Assembly: GCA_030618495.1 (NCBI GenBank) | Contig: JAUXDE010000003.1 | Location: forward strand, 1-33,682 | Origin: Clostridia bacterium | Lineage (GTDB): Bacteria > UBA6262 > WVXT01 > JAUXBS01 | Length of the DNA stretch: 33,682 nucleotides | Reading direction: 5' to 3' | Part shown: positions 7,926 to 16,747 of the stretch, piece after piece | How positions within the stretch are numbered: position 1 is the stretch's first letter | Layout of the letters: each line of letters begins with the position of its first letter | Notes under the pieces: model-generated | What the model was told of the DNA's origin: nothing | The model's database searches: none | Seen by the model: only the letters and a program-made list of their open reading frames with translations | Program-made: the position numbers and the translations under genes

Positions 7926-9215
7926 ATGAATACTACACTACAAATTGCTCTTGATTTTATTGACCTGCCTCGGGCATTAAAACTCGCGAAGGAAGCGGTT
8001 TCGGGCGGGGCTGACTGGCTTGAGGCGGGAACGCCTTTAATCAAGAGTATTGGCATGAATTCAATAAGGGAAATTAAGAAACGTTTTCCCGGAAAAATAA
8101 TTGTTGCGGACATGAAGATAGCCGATACGGGCAGGACCGAGGTTGAAATCGCAGCCAAGTCAGGCGCTGACATAGTCGTGGTACTTGGTACGGCATCGAT
8201 CGCGACAATAAAGGAATGCGTGGAAGCTGCAGCCAATTACGGGGCGAAGATTATGGTTGACCTTATGGATTTGAAATTAACCGGGAAGAAGGTCGCGGAA
8301 GTTGAAAGGACAGGGGTTGATTATTTATGTGTCCATACCGCAATTGACGAACAGATGAAAGGAAAAACATCATTTAAGAACGTTAAGGACCTGGCTTCAA
8401 TTACAGAGCTTCCCGTTGCGGTGGCAGGCGGGATAAACTCCGAAAACGCTGTTGATGCGGTAAACGCCGGAGCTGATATCGTTATTGTCGGGGGCTCGGT
8501 TACCAAGTCGGCGAACGCCGCTAAGGCCGTAAAAGAAATAAGGACCGCGCTTGCCGGGAAGATTAAAATCAAAACGGAACTCTATAAGAGGGTTAACGAA
8601 AAGGCGGATATACTAAAGATTCTTTCAAAGGTTTCAACTGCAAATATTTCAGATGCGCTTCACAGGCAGAAAGCCCTTGAAGGACTTCGGGCGGTTACGA
8701 AAGGGCTGAAATTGACAGGTCCCGCTTTTACGGTCAGGACTTGTCCGGGGGACTGGGCAAAGCCTGTTGAAGCTATTGACGCGGCTGAAAAAGGGGCGGT
8801 CATAGTAATAGATGCCGGGGGGGCTGGTCCGGCAGTGTGGGGCGAGCTTGCCACGTCAAGCGCGCTGAAGAGAGGGATAGCGGGAGTTGTTATTGACGGC
8901 GCGATAAGAGATGTAGGGGAAATCGCCTCCATGAAGTTCCCTGCGTATGCTAAGTTAATTACACCGGCTGCGGGAGAACCCAGGGGATTCGGTGAAACGG
9001 ATGTCCCTGTCAATGTTTGTGGGGAAAGGGTGTACCCGGGGGACTGGATTGCGGCAGACGCTGACGGGGTGATGGTTATTCCAAAAGCCAAGTTGGCGGA
9101 AACGGTAAACAGGGCAATGGACGTTCTTGAAAAGGAAAACAGGATAAGGAAGGAAATAAATGAAGGAAGCAGCCTTGGGAAGGTAACGGAACTTTTAAAG
9201 TGGGAGAAAAAATAA
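7926..9215 (+). CDS. hxlA: 3-hexulose-6-phosphate synthase fused to an RraA/HMG-aldolase-like domain
   Basis: N-half LQIALD, EAGTPLIK..G, ADMK.AD.G, H.AIDEQ, AVAGGI. C-half STANISDA, GPAFTV, AVWGEL, DGAIRD, PGD.I.AD.DGV. Confidence 0.9.
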   Translation: MNTTLQIALDFIDLPRALKLAKEAVSGGADWLEAGTPLIKSIGMNSIREIKKRFPGKIIVADMKIADTGRTEVEIAAKSGADIVVVLGTASIATIKECVEAAANYGAKIMVDLMDLKLTGKKVAEVERTGVDYLCVHTAIDEQMKGKTSFKNVKDLASITELPVAVAGGINSENAVDAVNAGADIVIVGGSVTKSANAAKAVKEIRTALAGKIKIKTELYKRVNEKADILKILSKVSTANISDALHRQKALEGLRAVTKGLKLTGPAFTVRTCPGDWAKPVEAIDAAEKGAVIVIDAGGAGPAVWGELATSSALKRGIAGVVIDGAIRDVGEIASMKFPAYAKLITPAAGEPRGFGETDVPVNVCGERVYPGDWIAADADGVMVIPKAKLAETVNRAMDVLEKENRIRKEINEGSSLGKVTELLKWEKK

Positions 9216-9216
9216 G

Positions 9217-10041
9217 ATGAACGAGAATTTAATAAAAAAGCTTGAATCAAAAGCAAAACAAATAAGGATTGATATCATCAAAATGCTCGGGGAAGCGGGG
9301 TCGGGACACCCGGGAGGGGCGCTTTCCTCCGCGGATATTTTTGCGGCGTTGTATTTCTCGGTTATGAGGCATGACCCGAAAAAACCCGATTGGAAGGAAA
9401 GGGACATGTTCATCCTTTCAAAGGGGCACGTTTGCCCGGGGCTTTATGCGGCGCTGGCGGGGTCCGGGTACTTCCCGGAAGATGAAATTATGACCCTCAG
9501 AAAACTGGGGAGCAGGCTTGACGGCCACCCGTCAAAAACAAAGGGACTGCCGGGTATTGAGATTTCAAGCGGTTCGCTGGGGATGGGGTTATCGGTTGCT
9601 AACGGCGTTGCCCTGGGATTCAAACTGAACAAGTCTTCCCAAAGGGCTTACTGCCTGATGGGTGACGGAGAACTACAGGAAGGCCAGATATGGGAAGCGG
9701 CAATGACATCGGCGCACTACAAACTGGATAATGTCTGCGGGATAGTGGATGAGAACGGGCTTCAGATTGACGGGAAGGTTGAAGAACAAATGGGGCTGGG
9801 TGATTTGAGCGGGAAATGGAAAACTTTTGGCTGGAATGTAATTCAGATAGACGGGCATAACATGAATGAGATATTAGAGGCATTTAACAGGGCGGCTGAA
9901 GTGAAGGGAAAGCCAACGGTGATTATTGCCCGTACAGTCAAGGGGAAGGGTGTATCGTTCATGGAAAACCAGGCTGGTTGGCATGGCAAGGCTCCTGATA
10001 AGGAGCAGACAGCCCAGGCAATAAAAGAGTTGGAGAGTTAA
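9217..10041 (+). CDS. transketolase, N-terminal (ThDP-binding) subunit
   Basis: GSGHPGG, LSKGH, GSLG.G, GDGE.QEG..WEA...N, KGKG...E....WHG. Confidence 0.95.
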   Translation: MNENLIKKLESKAKQIRIDIIKMLGEAGSGHPGGALSSADIFAALYFSVMRHDPKKPDWKERDMFILSKGHVCPGLYAALAGSGYFPEDEIMTLRKLGSRLDGHPSKTKGLPGIEISSGSLGMGLSVANGVALGFKLNKSSQRAYCLMGDGELQEGQIWEAAMTSAHYKLDNVCGIVDENGLQIDGKVEEQMGLGDLSGKWKTFGWNVIQIDGHNMNEILEAFNRAAEVKGKPTVIIARTVKGKGVSFMENQAGWHGKAPDKEQTAQAIKELES

Positions 10042-10977
10042 ATGGAAAAAAAAGCTACAAGGGATGGATACGGCGAAGGACTGGTTGAATTAGGGGAAAG
10101 GAATCCGGACGTGGTCGTGCTCTGCGCTGACCTTGCGGGTTCCACGAAGGCGTCGATGTTTGCAAAAAAGTTTCCTGAGAGGTATTTCAGCATGGGGGTT
10201 GCGGAATCCGATATGATAAGTACGGCAGCGGGGTTTGCACTGGCGGGAAAGATTCCATTTGCGTCATCTTTCAGTGTTTTTGCGATAGGTAGAACGTGGG
10301 ACCAGATACGCGTGAATGCAAGTTACAGTAATTTGAATGTAAAAATAGGAGGGTCGCATAGCGGCATATCCGTTGGTCCGGACGGCCCGACGCATCAGGC
10401 TCTTGAAGACATAGCGCTGGCAAGAGTGCTTCCCAATATGAAAGTTATAATTCCCTGCGATGCCAACCAGACAAGAAAAGCAACGATAGCGTCTGCCCGG
10501 ATACCCGGACCCGTATATATGCGTTTCGGAAGGGCGGCTGTTCCGAGTATTACGGGGAAGGATACGCCTTTTAACTTTGGCAAGGCTGAGTTTCTTAGCG
10601 AAGGCAGCGATGTAACAATCATAGCTTGCGGGCTTATGGTTTATGAATCCTTAATGGCGGGGAAGATGCTTGAGAAAAAGGGTATAAGCGCAAGAATTAT
10701 CAATATGCATACATTGAAACCCCTGGATGAGGATGCAATTGTAAATGCAGCTAAGAATACGGGAGCCGTTGTAACCGCTGAAGAGCATCAGGTGTTCGGA
10801 GGGCTCGGCAGCGCCGTTAGCGAGGTGATTGTGAAAAAATATCCGGTACCCATGGAGATGGTGGGTATGGAGGACTGCTACGGTGGATCCGGCGGGGCGG
10901 AGGAACTCCTGGAGAAATACAAATTAAAGGATAAGGACATTGCGGAGGCAGCTGAAAAGGCTATTAAGAGAAAATAA
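10042..10977 (+). CDS. transketolase, C-terminal subunit
   Basis: ADL..ST, GVAE..M, GPDGPTHQ..ED, GPVY.R, TLKPLD, TAEEH...GGLG. Abuts the N-subunit gene (TAA-ATG). Confidence 0.95.
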   Translation: MEKKATRDGYGEGLVELGERNPDVVVLCADLAGSTKASMFAKKFPERYFSMGVAESDMISTAAGFALAGKIPFASSFSVFAIGRTWDQIRVNASYSNLNVKIGGSHSGISVGPDGPTHQALEDIALARVLPNMKVIIPCDANQTRKATIASARIPGPVYMRFGRAAVPSITGKDTPFNFGKAEFLSEGSDVTIIACGLMVYESLMAGKMLEKKGISARIINMHTLKPLDEDAIVNAAKNTGAVVTAEEHQVFGGLGSAVSEVIVKKYPVPMEMVGMEDCYGGSGGAEELLEKYKLKDKDIAEAAEKAIKRK

Positions 10978-11005
10978 TGCGGATGGCCGCGAAGGAGTTT
11001 TATTT

Positions 11006-12220
11006 ATGATTAAGAAAAACTTTCCTGTTCTGGTGATTTTAATATTTTGTCTTGTTTCTGTCTCGTGTGTCCCTGAAGCTGTAGTAAAGAAGAAAAATCC
11101 TATAATACAGAAATTAAAAACAAGGGCGCAGCTGCCAAATGAAATACCTTATAAAGTTAAATTTATAAGGACGATAGGCAAGGTGGGGACAGGAGTGGGG
11201 GAATTTTTTCAGCCAACGGCGGTTGACGTAGATTATGACAACAACGTTTACGTGCTGGACAGCGGGACAGAGAGGGTTCAAATATTTGATAAGGACGGGA
11301 AGCTTATCCATGAATTTGATATATCAAATGAAAACAAGCAGCAAAAGGCGGAACTGACGGATATTGTTGTTGACAAGAGTTACAGGGTATTCGTATCCGA
11401 CAGGCAGAACAATAATGTCGCGGTGTATGAAATAGTCGGGAAAATGAGTAAGGAGTCGGGAATGAGGGCCGTTAACTATTCAGGTGACCTTGAAAGCAAG
11501 GGTGGAGAGAAAACGCTGGAGGAAGTCGATACCGGGACTTTGTTTACCTTTGCCTCGGGTAACCCAAGCGGATTTTACGAGTTGAAAGAGAAGGGGTTTG
11601 ACAGTATAACCTTTGAGGAAGTTAATGACTTTACCAGGGTGGAAAGACCGCTTACCCAATGCGCTACAATACAGGTATATGTTAAGGTGAGGTTTGACCA
11701 TCCCATGGGATTGGCTACAGACAGAATCGGTAATATATTCGTGGTAGACAGTTACAGTGATTCCATAAAGAAGTTCAATTATTTTAATGAGTATGAGTTT
11801 TCATTTGGAACTTTCGGACGGGGCGTTAATCAGTTCAGTAATCCCTGTAGCGTAGCCGTGGATTATGAGCAGAATATCTATGTCGCGGATACCGGCAACA
11901 ACAGGATACAGGTGTTTGATTTTAACGGCAACCAAATTGCCGAATGGGGCGGGAAGGGCACTGGTGACGGAGAGTTCAACAAGCCCGTGTCCATTGACCT
12001 TGATAAGTTCGGCAATGCGTATGTTGCGGATATAGAAAACAATCGAATTCAGGTGTTTGATATAAACGGGCAGTTTCTGTTTGATTTCAGGGGGAAGTAT
12101 ACGGATACAGAGGAAGGGTTTCAGCCCTTGTCTTTTGCTATAAGCGATGAAAACGAAATGTACGTCCTGGATTCCCTTAATAATGTTTTATCGATGTTTG
12201 AAATAATATATAAGGAATAA
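11006..12220 (+). CDS. NHL-repeat (6-bladed beta-propeller) lipoprotein
   Basis: AAGGAG RBS before ATG 11006; signal peptide ending VSVSC; repeated G.G.G.F..P..VAVD..GN.YVAD..NNRIQVFD. Confidence 0.85.
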   Translation: MIKKNFPVLVILIFCLVSVSCVPEAVVKKKNPIIQKLKTRAQLPNEIPYKVKFIRTIGKVGTGVGEFFQPTAVDVDYDNNVYVLDSGTERVQIFDKDGKLIHEFDISNENKQQKAELTDIVVDKSYRVFVSDRQNNNVAVYEIVGKMSKESGMRAVNYSGDLESKGGEKTLEEVDTGTLFTFASGNPSGFYELKEKGFDSITFEEVNDFTRVERPLTQCATIQVYVKVRFDHPMGLATDRIGNIFVVDSYSDSIKKFNYFNEYEFSFGTFGRGVNQFSNPCSVAVDYEQNIYVADTGNNRIQVFDFNGNQIAEWGGKGTGDGEFNKPVSIDLDKFGNAYVADIENNRIQVFDINGQFLFDFRGKYTDTEEGFQPLSFAISDENEMYVLDSLNNVLSMFEIIYKE

Positions 12221-12242
12221 ACTGCCAAGTCCATGGTAAATA

Positions 12243-15200
12243 GTGAACTGTTTAAAATGCATTCTAATTATTTTCTTGTTAGCGGCAAAAAGCGCTGCTT
12301 ATTCCAGTGAAAATGACGGTAAAACTGGAAATGAAGTAGTAGTATCAACAGCAATCGGAAAACTTACTCCTCATACATCAAATCAGTACGAAATTGAACC
12401 TTCCACCGGAACAGATTTACTTCAAATTCCCCCAGGACAGGCAGGACAGGTTCCCGTCCTAATGCCGGACACGACAGGCATGTATAAGGTTGAAACTTCC
12501 ACTGAGGCCCTTCGACTTAGCTCAGGATCTACGACTCATAGCTTACTACCCGGCGCGACGGCACAGTATAATGTTGAAGCTTCCACCGGCGTCACTCAAA
12601 GTCTACCGGAACAGGTTCCCGGGTTAGCTTTTGGCACAACGGAACAGTTCAGGGATATTCCGTACAGGGTGTTGCTGTCAACCCAGGCAATGGATTCCGT
12701 GCCGGAAGGTATTCTCTCGTTTTATTTTGAGAGAAATGAATCCCTGGTTAAAGGGGGGGGGGAGGAAAAAACCCACATACTTCCCGATAAGTACATATTG
12801 CCGGGAAGTGTTGAGTTCAATGACCCGCAAACCGGAGAGGAAATGGATGTTGATTGCATAATTGATTATTCGATGGGTATATTAAATTTCAAGGAACTCC
12901 TGCCTGAAACGACTTCATTTAAGGTGATTTATGCATGTTTTCCCTTTAAAGCATTCACGGAATTCATTGCGATTGATTCCCGGTTCATGACGGCAGATAC
13001 GAAGAAGCTGGTGCCTGGACTGGGAAGGGACCTTTCATTAAGGATATTGAAAAAGGAATATGTGCTGAAGGGTGACGGGGGGAAGGGGCCGTACGTTCTC
13101 GAAAATAAATTAATAATCCCCGAAGAGGAAACCGTATGGACAAGAAAAAGAATCAGAAACCGCGATATGGACTATTACATGGATTATTACAGGGGGGAAG
13201 TTAATTTTGAGGAGCCAATTGCTGATACCGACACCTTTAAGGTGATATATAAGTATTTGCCGTTTAATATTATTACTAAGGGGAAGTGGAAGTTCTTTGT
13301 CGACATAGCCATAGATAGTCTTATTGAAGAGGCCTTGCCGGAAGAAAAGGAATCTTATAACCTTTATGAGAAGGAAGAAATCTTTATGGGGACGGATAAG
13401 ACAGGCCCATATTTAACGGGCGAAAAACATGTAATTCCCGGGACGGAAGTTATAATAATGGAAGGCAGGGAGTTGAATAAGGATGTTGATTACACGATAG
13501 ATTATCTCAGCGGTAGATTGTTTTTTGAGGAGCCGGTTTCCGCAAAAACCGCTTTCAAAATGTCTTACAGGTATTTCCCCTTTGATATTTCCGATTCTTA
13601 CGGAAGAAAAAAACAATTTAGTGAAGGTGGGCAGTCCATAATAAAAACGGATTCTTTCATGAAAAAGCAGAAAAAGAAGGATTATCGGCTTACGGTGGGG
13701 GGTGCGCAGACATTTGAAATGAAGTTCCAGCCAGGTGGCACTACCGTAATGAACCAGTCTCTCAGGCTGGACATATCCGGCAATGTGACGGAAGACGTTA
13801 GGGTGAAAATGCTGTTATCCAACCAGAGCATGCCTATACAACCCGAAGGCAACACGGCGGTTATTGAAGAAATGGACAAGATATACATTGAAGTAGGGTA
13901 TAAGGAATCAATGTTGACGCTTGGTGATTACAGTGTTGCGTTTTCCGGGGGAGAGTTCAATAATTACACTAAAAAATTAGAAGGCATAAAGGGTGATATA
14001 GTGCTTGAACCCGTTGACATTACTTTATTTACCGCCAATACAGGCGGCGGATATACCACGGTGGAAATAAAGAATGTAACGGATTCACAGGGTCCTTATG
14101 AAATTGTTAAAAATCGTATCATAATGGCAGGTACGGAAACTGTCTGGGTGGATGACCGGAGTTCGGGCAAGGGGCTTCAGAAGATGGTCAGGGGAAAGGA
14201 AAATGACTATACCATAGATTATAATGCTGCTACCATTACATTTTCCCAGATAAACAGGCCGATTACATCCAATATGATAATAGTGGTGGATTTTGAATAC
14301 CGGGATGCGTATTATACCCGCTCGACAATCGGAGCGCGCGCGAAATCAAAGAACCTGTTAGACGGAAAAATGAAACTTGGTATTACGCTCCTGCAGGAGA
14401 AGGATGATGAGTATTCGAATGAAGAGCTTTATGACAAGGAAGCAGGCAAGCCGAAGGATGCCTGGGTCGCTATTTCAACAAACACTATAGATGAACTGAG
14501 GAGCACGAGTTTACCGCCGCCGCCGATAAGACACTCAATACTGTCATTGGACAGCAGCCTAAAGCTGGGAATGTTTTCGTTGACAGGAGAGCTTGCCGGT
14601 TCCAGCAAGGACAATAATATACTCTATAACATGCCTGGAAAAACCGATTATGAAAGGTTTTCAAGCGGGCTTGCCGGTAAGTTGAATTTTAGTTCAAGTT
14701 TTAATGATATGAAAATAGGAAAAATTACGCTCGGTAACCTGGACTGGAGGGGAAATTTAAGGTATGAAGGCACAGAATTTATTTCATTGGGAAAGAGTAA
14801 GCCGGTAAAATTTACGGATAAATGGGACCTGGCGGCAAGTCCGGCAACGGGCAAGCCTGCAAGGTTGAACGCCGGAACCGAAGTGACGTACAAGCCGTTT
14901 TCGTTTCTTTCGTTCACGCCAAACATTGGCGTAATGAAAGAATACTACGTGTATACCGATACAACGACTTATACATCCCTTAAGGATAAAACGAATACAA
15001 ATATTTCCGGGGGTTTCAGAAATATCAAATTATCCGTAAACAAAATGAATAAAATACCCGGGTCGCTGAATGTTACAGGTTACTATGATGCTCTTCTTAA
15101 GAAAACAACATATTATAGAAATGCGGGTACCAATAATGGGTCGGGCAGGGAAAAATGGCAGTATGAAGTCAAATACAATTTATGGAAATTAACCCCGAGA

Positions 15201-16613
15201 ATATCCAGGTATCATGAGGAAACCACAACAATCAATCAGTCGACAGCGCCGGTTTCCAAGGGAGCCGCCATTCAGAACGTTTTCAAGTGGGGAATAAGCA
15301 CGAGGGAGGTATCGTGGTTGAATCTGTCGTTTGGAAGGGAAGAGAGGGACAGGAGGACGCTGAACGTTGACAGTGATTATGATGTATGGAAGAGCAGTCA
15401 AAACCTATGGCTGGATTCTAATGAAAGGACGGATACTCTAAAATTTGGATTTACCCCCGGAAGGGGAACGTATTTCAGGACTAACTTGACGTTTAACGAC
15501 AGGGAAGCGAATAGATACAGTAAAACAGGTTCAACTACGACTACGACAAGTAACCTGATTGACATGAAAACCAACTACAATCCGAAAATCCTGAAAAAGT
15601 CCCTGAAGACAATGCTGAATTATAGTATGAAAAACCAGTTTAACACGCAGTTGTCTACAACTACTACTTATTCAACCATTAACGCAACTCTGAGGCTGAA
15701 TATGCACCCGAAGTACCTTATGCCCGGAGAACCGGGCTGGCTGGTTAAGAATATACTTATGAACTGGTCACTTGAAAACAATTTTTCTTTAACGGAAGTA
15801 ACCGCGAACCAAAATGACCGGAAAAGGATATTCCTGCAGGACAGGTTTAGTGAATGGAAGTTAATAGACCTGATAGAATTCAAGGAAAGAGAAGGCAGAG
15901 ATTCCGATGTATTCAGGCGCAACCATATTCTTAACCTGCTTAAGGGCAATCATTTTATAAACTGCAGGCTGGAACTAAAAGAATCCGACAGTAACAAACG
16001 TTTTACGAATGAACTGAAGAATATCTTTTCAAACGATACGTCAGTAACCTTGAAGTCAAATGTTCTTAAAGGTTTATCTTTAACCGGCACCTACAAGCTG
16101 GGTTCAAGTTCTACTACCATACTGAATGCGTATGACATCGATAAAACAACGAATACATGGGTAGACAAGCAGGACTGGATAGTTAACGCAAAATGGCAAG
16201 TATTTAAGTTTCTGGCTATATCGTATAATTATTTAGAAGAAAAGGACAATGGAAACACTAAAGCTGCAAATAGGACAAATTGGCAACACACGGGGAAGGC
16301 AAATATTTCCATGAGTTCCAAGGGAAGAATATCGGTAACTTACACCAAGAAGAAAGAGACACTGCCCGCGTATGAAAGAATCACTGAGTCAGAGAAAATC
16401 AAAATTGACGGCAACTACAAGGTAGGCAGAAATGTGAACAGTTCCCTTTCTTTTGATTTTCATAGTCCCTGGGGCAAGGATTATAAAAAGCGTAGAAATA
16501 TTATGGAGGACTTTAATAAAGACGAACAGAAAAATAATGATAAAAACATCCTGGATATATTATTGTATGCCCTGGAGATGAAGTTCAGGGCAGAAGTGCA
16601 GATTCACTTTTAA
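12243..16613 (+). CDS. large putative outer-membrane beta-barrel protein with repeated DY.IDY..G...F domains
   Basis: Signal peptide, four ~75-aa internal repeats, alternating amphipathic beta-strand pattern in the C-terminal two thirds, C-terminal ...AEVQIHF beta-signal-like end. Function is inferred. Confidence 0.7.
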   Translation: MNCLKCILIIFLLAAKSAAYSSENDGKTGNEVVVSTAIGKLTPHTSNQYEIEPSTGTDLLQIPPGQAGQVPVLMPDTTGMYKVETSTEALRLSSGSTTHSLLPGATAQYNVEASTGVTQSLPEQVPGLAFGTTEQFRDIPYRVLLSTQAMDSVPEGILSFYFERNESLVKGGGEEKTHILPDKYILPGSVEFNDPQTGEEMDVDCIIDYSMGILNFKELLPETTSFKVIYACFPFKAFTEFIAIDSRFMTADTKKLVPGLGRDLSLRILKKEYVLKGDGGKGPYVLENKLIIPEEETVWTRKRIRNRDMDYYMDYYRGEVNFEEPIADTDTFKVIYKYLPFNIITKGKWKFFVDIAIDSLIEEALPEEKESYNLYEKEEIFMGTDKTGPYLTGEKHVIPGTEVIIMEGRELNKDVDYTIDYLSGRLFFEEPVSAKTAFKMSYRYFPFDISDSYGRKKQFSEGGQSIIKTDSFMKKQKKKDYRLTVGGAQTFEMKFQPGGTTVMNQSLRLDISGNVTEDVRVKMLLSNQSMPIQPEGNTAVIEEMDKIYIEVGYKESMLTLGDYSVAFSGGEFNNYTKKLEGIKGDIVLEPVDITLFTANTGGGYTTVEIKNVTDSQGPYEIVKNRIIMAGTETVWVDDRSSGKGLQKMVRGKENDYTIDYNAATITFSQINRPITSNMIIVVDFEYRDAYYTRSTIGARAKSKNLLDGKMKLGITLLQEKDDEYSNEELYDKEAGKPKDAWVAISTNTIDELRSTSLPPPPIRHSILSLDSSLKLGMFSLTGELAGSSKDNNILYNMPGKTDYERFSSGLAGKLNFSSSFNDMKIGKITLGNLDWRGNLRYEGTEFISLGKSKPVKFTDKWDLAASPATGKPARLNAGTEVTYKPFSFLSFTPNIGVMKEYYVYTDTTTYTSLKDKTNTNISGGFRNIKLSVNKMNKIPGSLNVTGYYDALLKKTTYYRNAGTNNGSGREKWQYEVKYNLWKLTPRISRYHEETTTINQSTAPVSKGAAIQNVFKWGISTREVSWLNLSFGREERDRRTLNVDSDYDVWKSSQNLWLDSNERTDTLKFGFTPGRGTYFRTNLTFNDREANRYSKTGSTTTTTSNLIDMKTNYNPKILKKSLKTMLNYSMKNQFNTQLSTTTTYSTINATLRLNMHPKYLMPGEPGWLVKNILMNWSLENNFSLTEVTANQNDRKRIFLQDRFSEWKLIDLIEFKEREGRDSDVFRRNHILNLLKGNHFINCRLELKESDSNKRFTNELKNIFSNDTSVTLKSNVLKGLSLTGTYKLGSSSTTILNAYDIDKTTNTWVDKQDWIVNAKWQVFKFLAISYNYLEEKDNGNTKAANRTNWQHTGKANISMSSKGRISVTYTKKKETLPAYERITESEKIKIDGNYKVGRNVNSSLSFDFHSPWGKDYKKRRNIMEDFNKDEQKNNDKNILDILLYALEMKFRAEVQIHF
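12387..12590 (+). repeat. three degenerate intragenic repeats encoding Y.(I/V)E.ST(G/E)
   Basis: tacgaaattgaaccttccaccgga (12387), tataaggttgaaacttccactgag (12483), tataatgttgaagcttccaccggc (12567). Confidence 0.75.
12753..12762 (+). repeat. G10 homopolymer tract inside the large OMP gene
   Basis: gttaaaGGGGGGGGGGaggaa, currently in frame (VKGGGEE). Confidence 0.9.
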
Positions 16614-16747
16614 GAGGAGCCCCGTAAAGAACGGGATGAATCCGTTTTGCGGGACAGGCCCTGGAAGGTGGATAAATCAACAGCGGGGTAAAAAGAAAAA
16701 CAAAAAGAAAACTATTTATTTTATAGGATTCACACAAGAAAAAGGTT

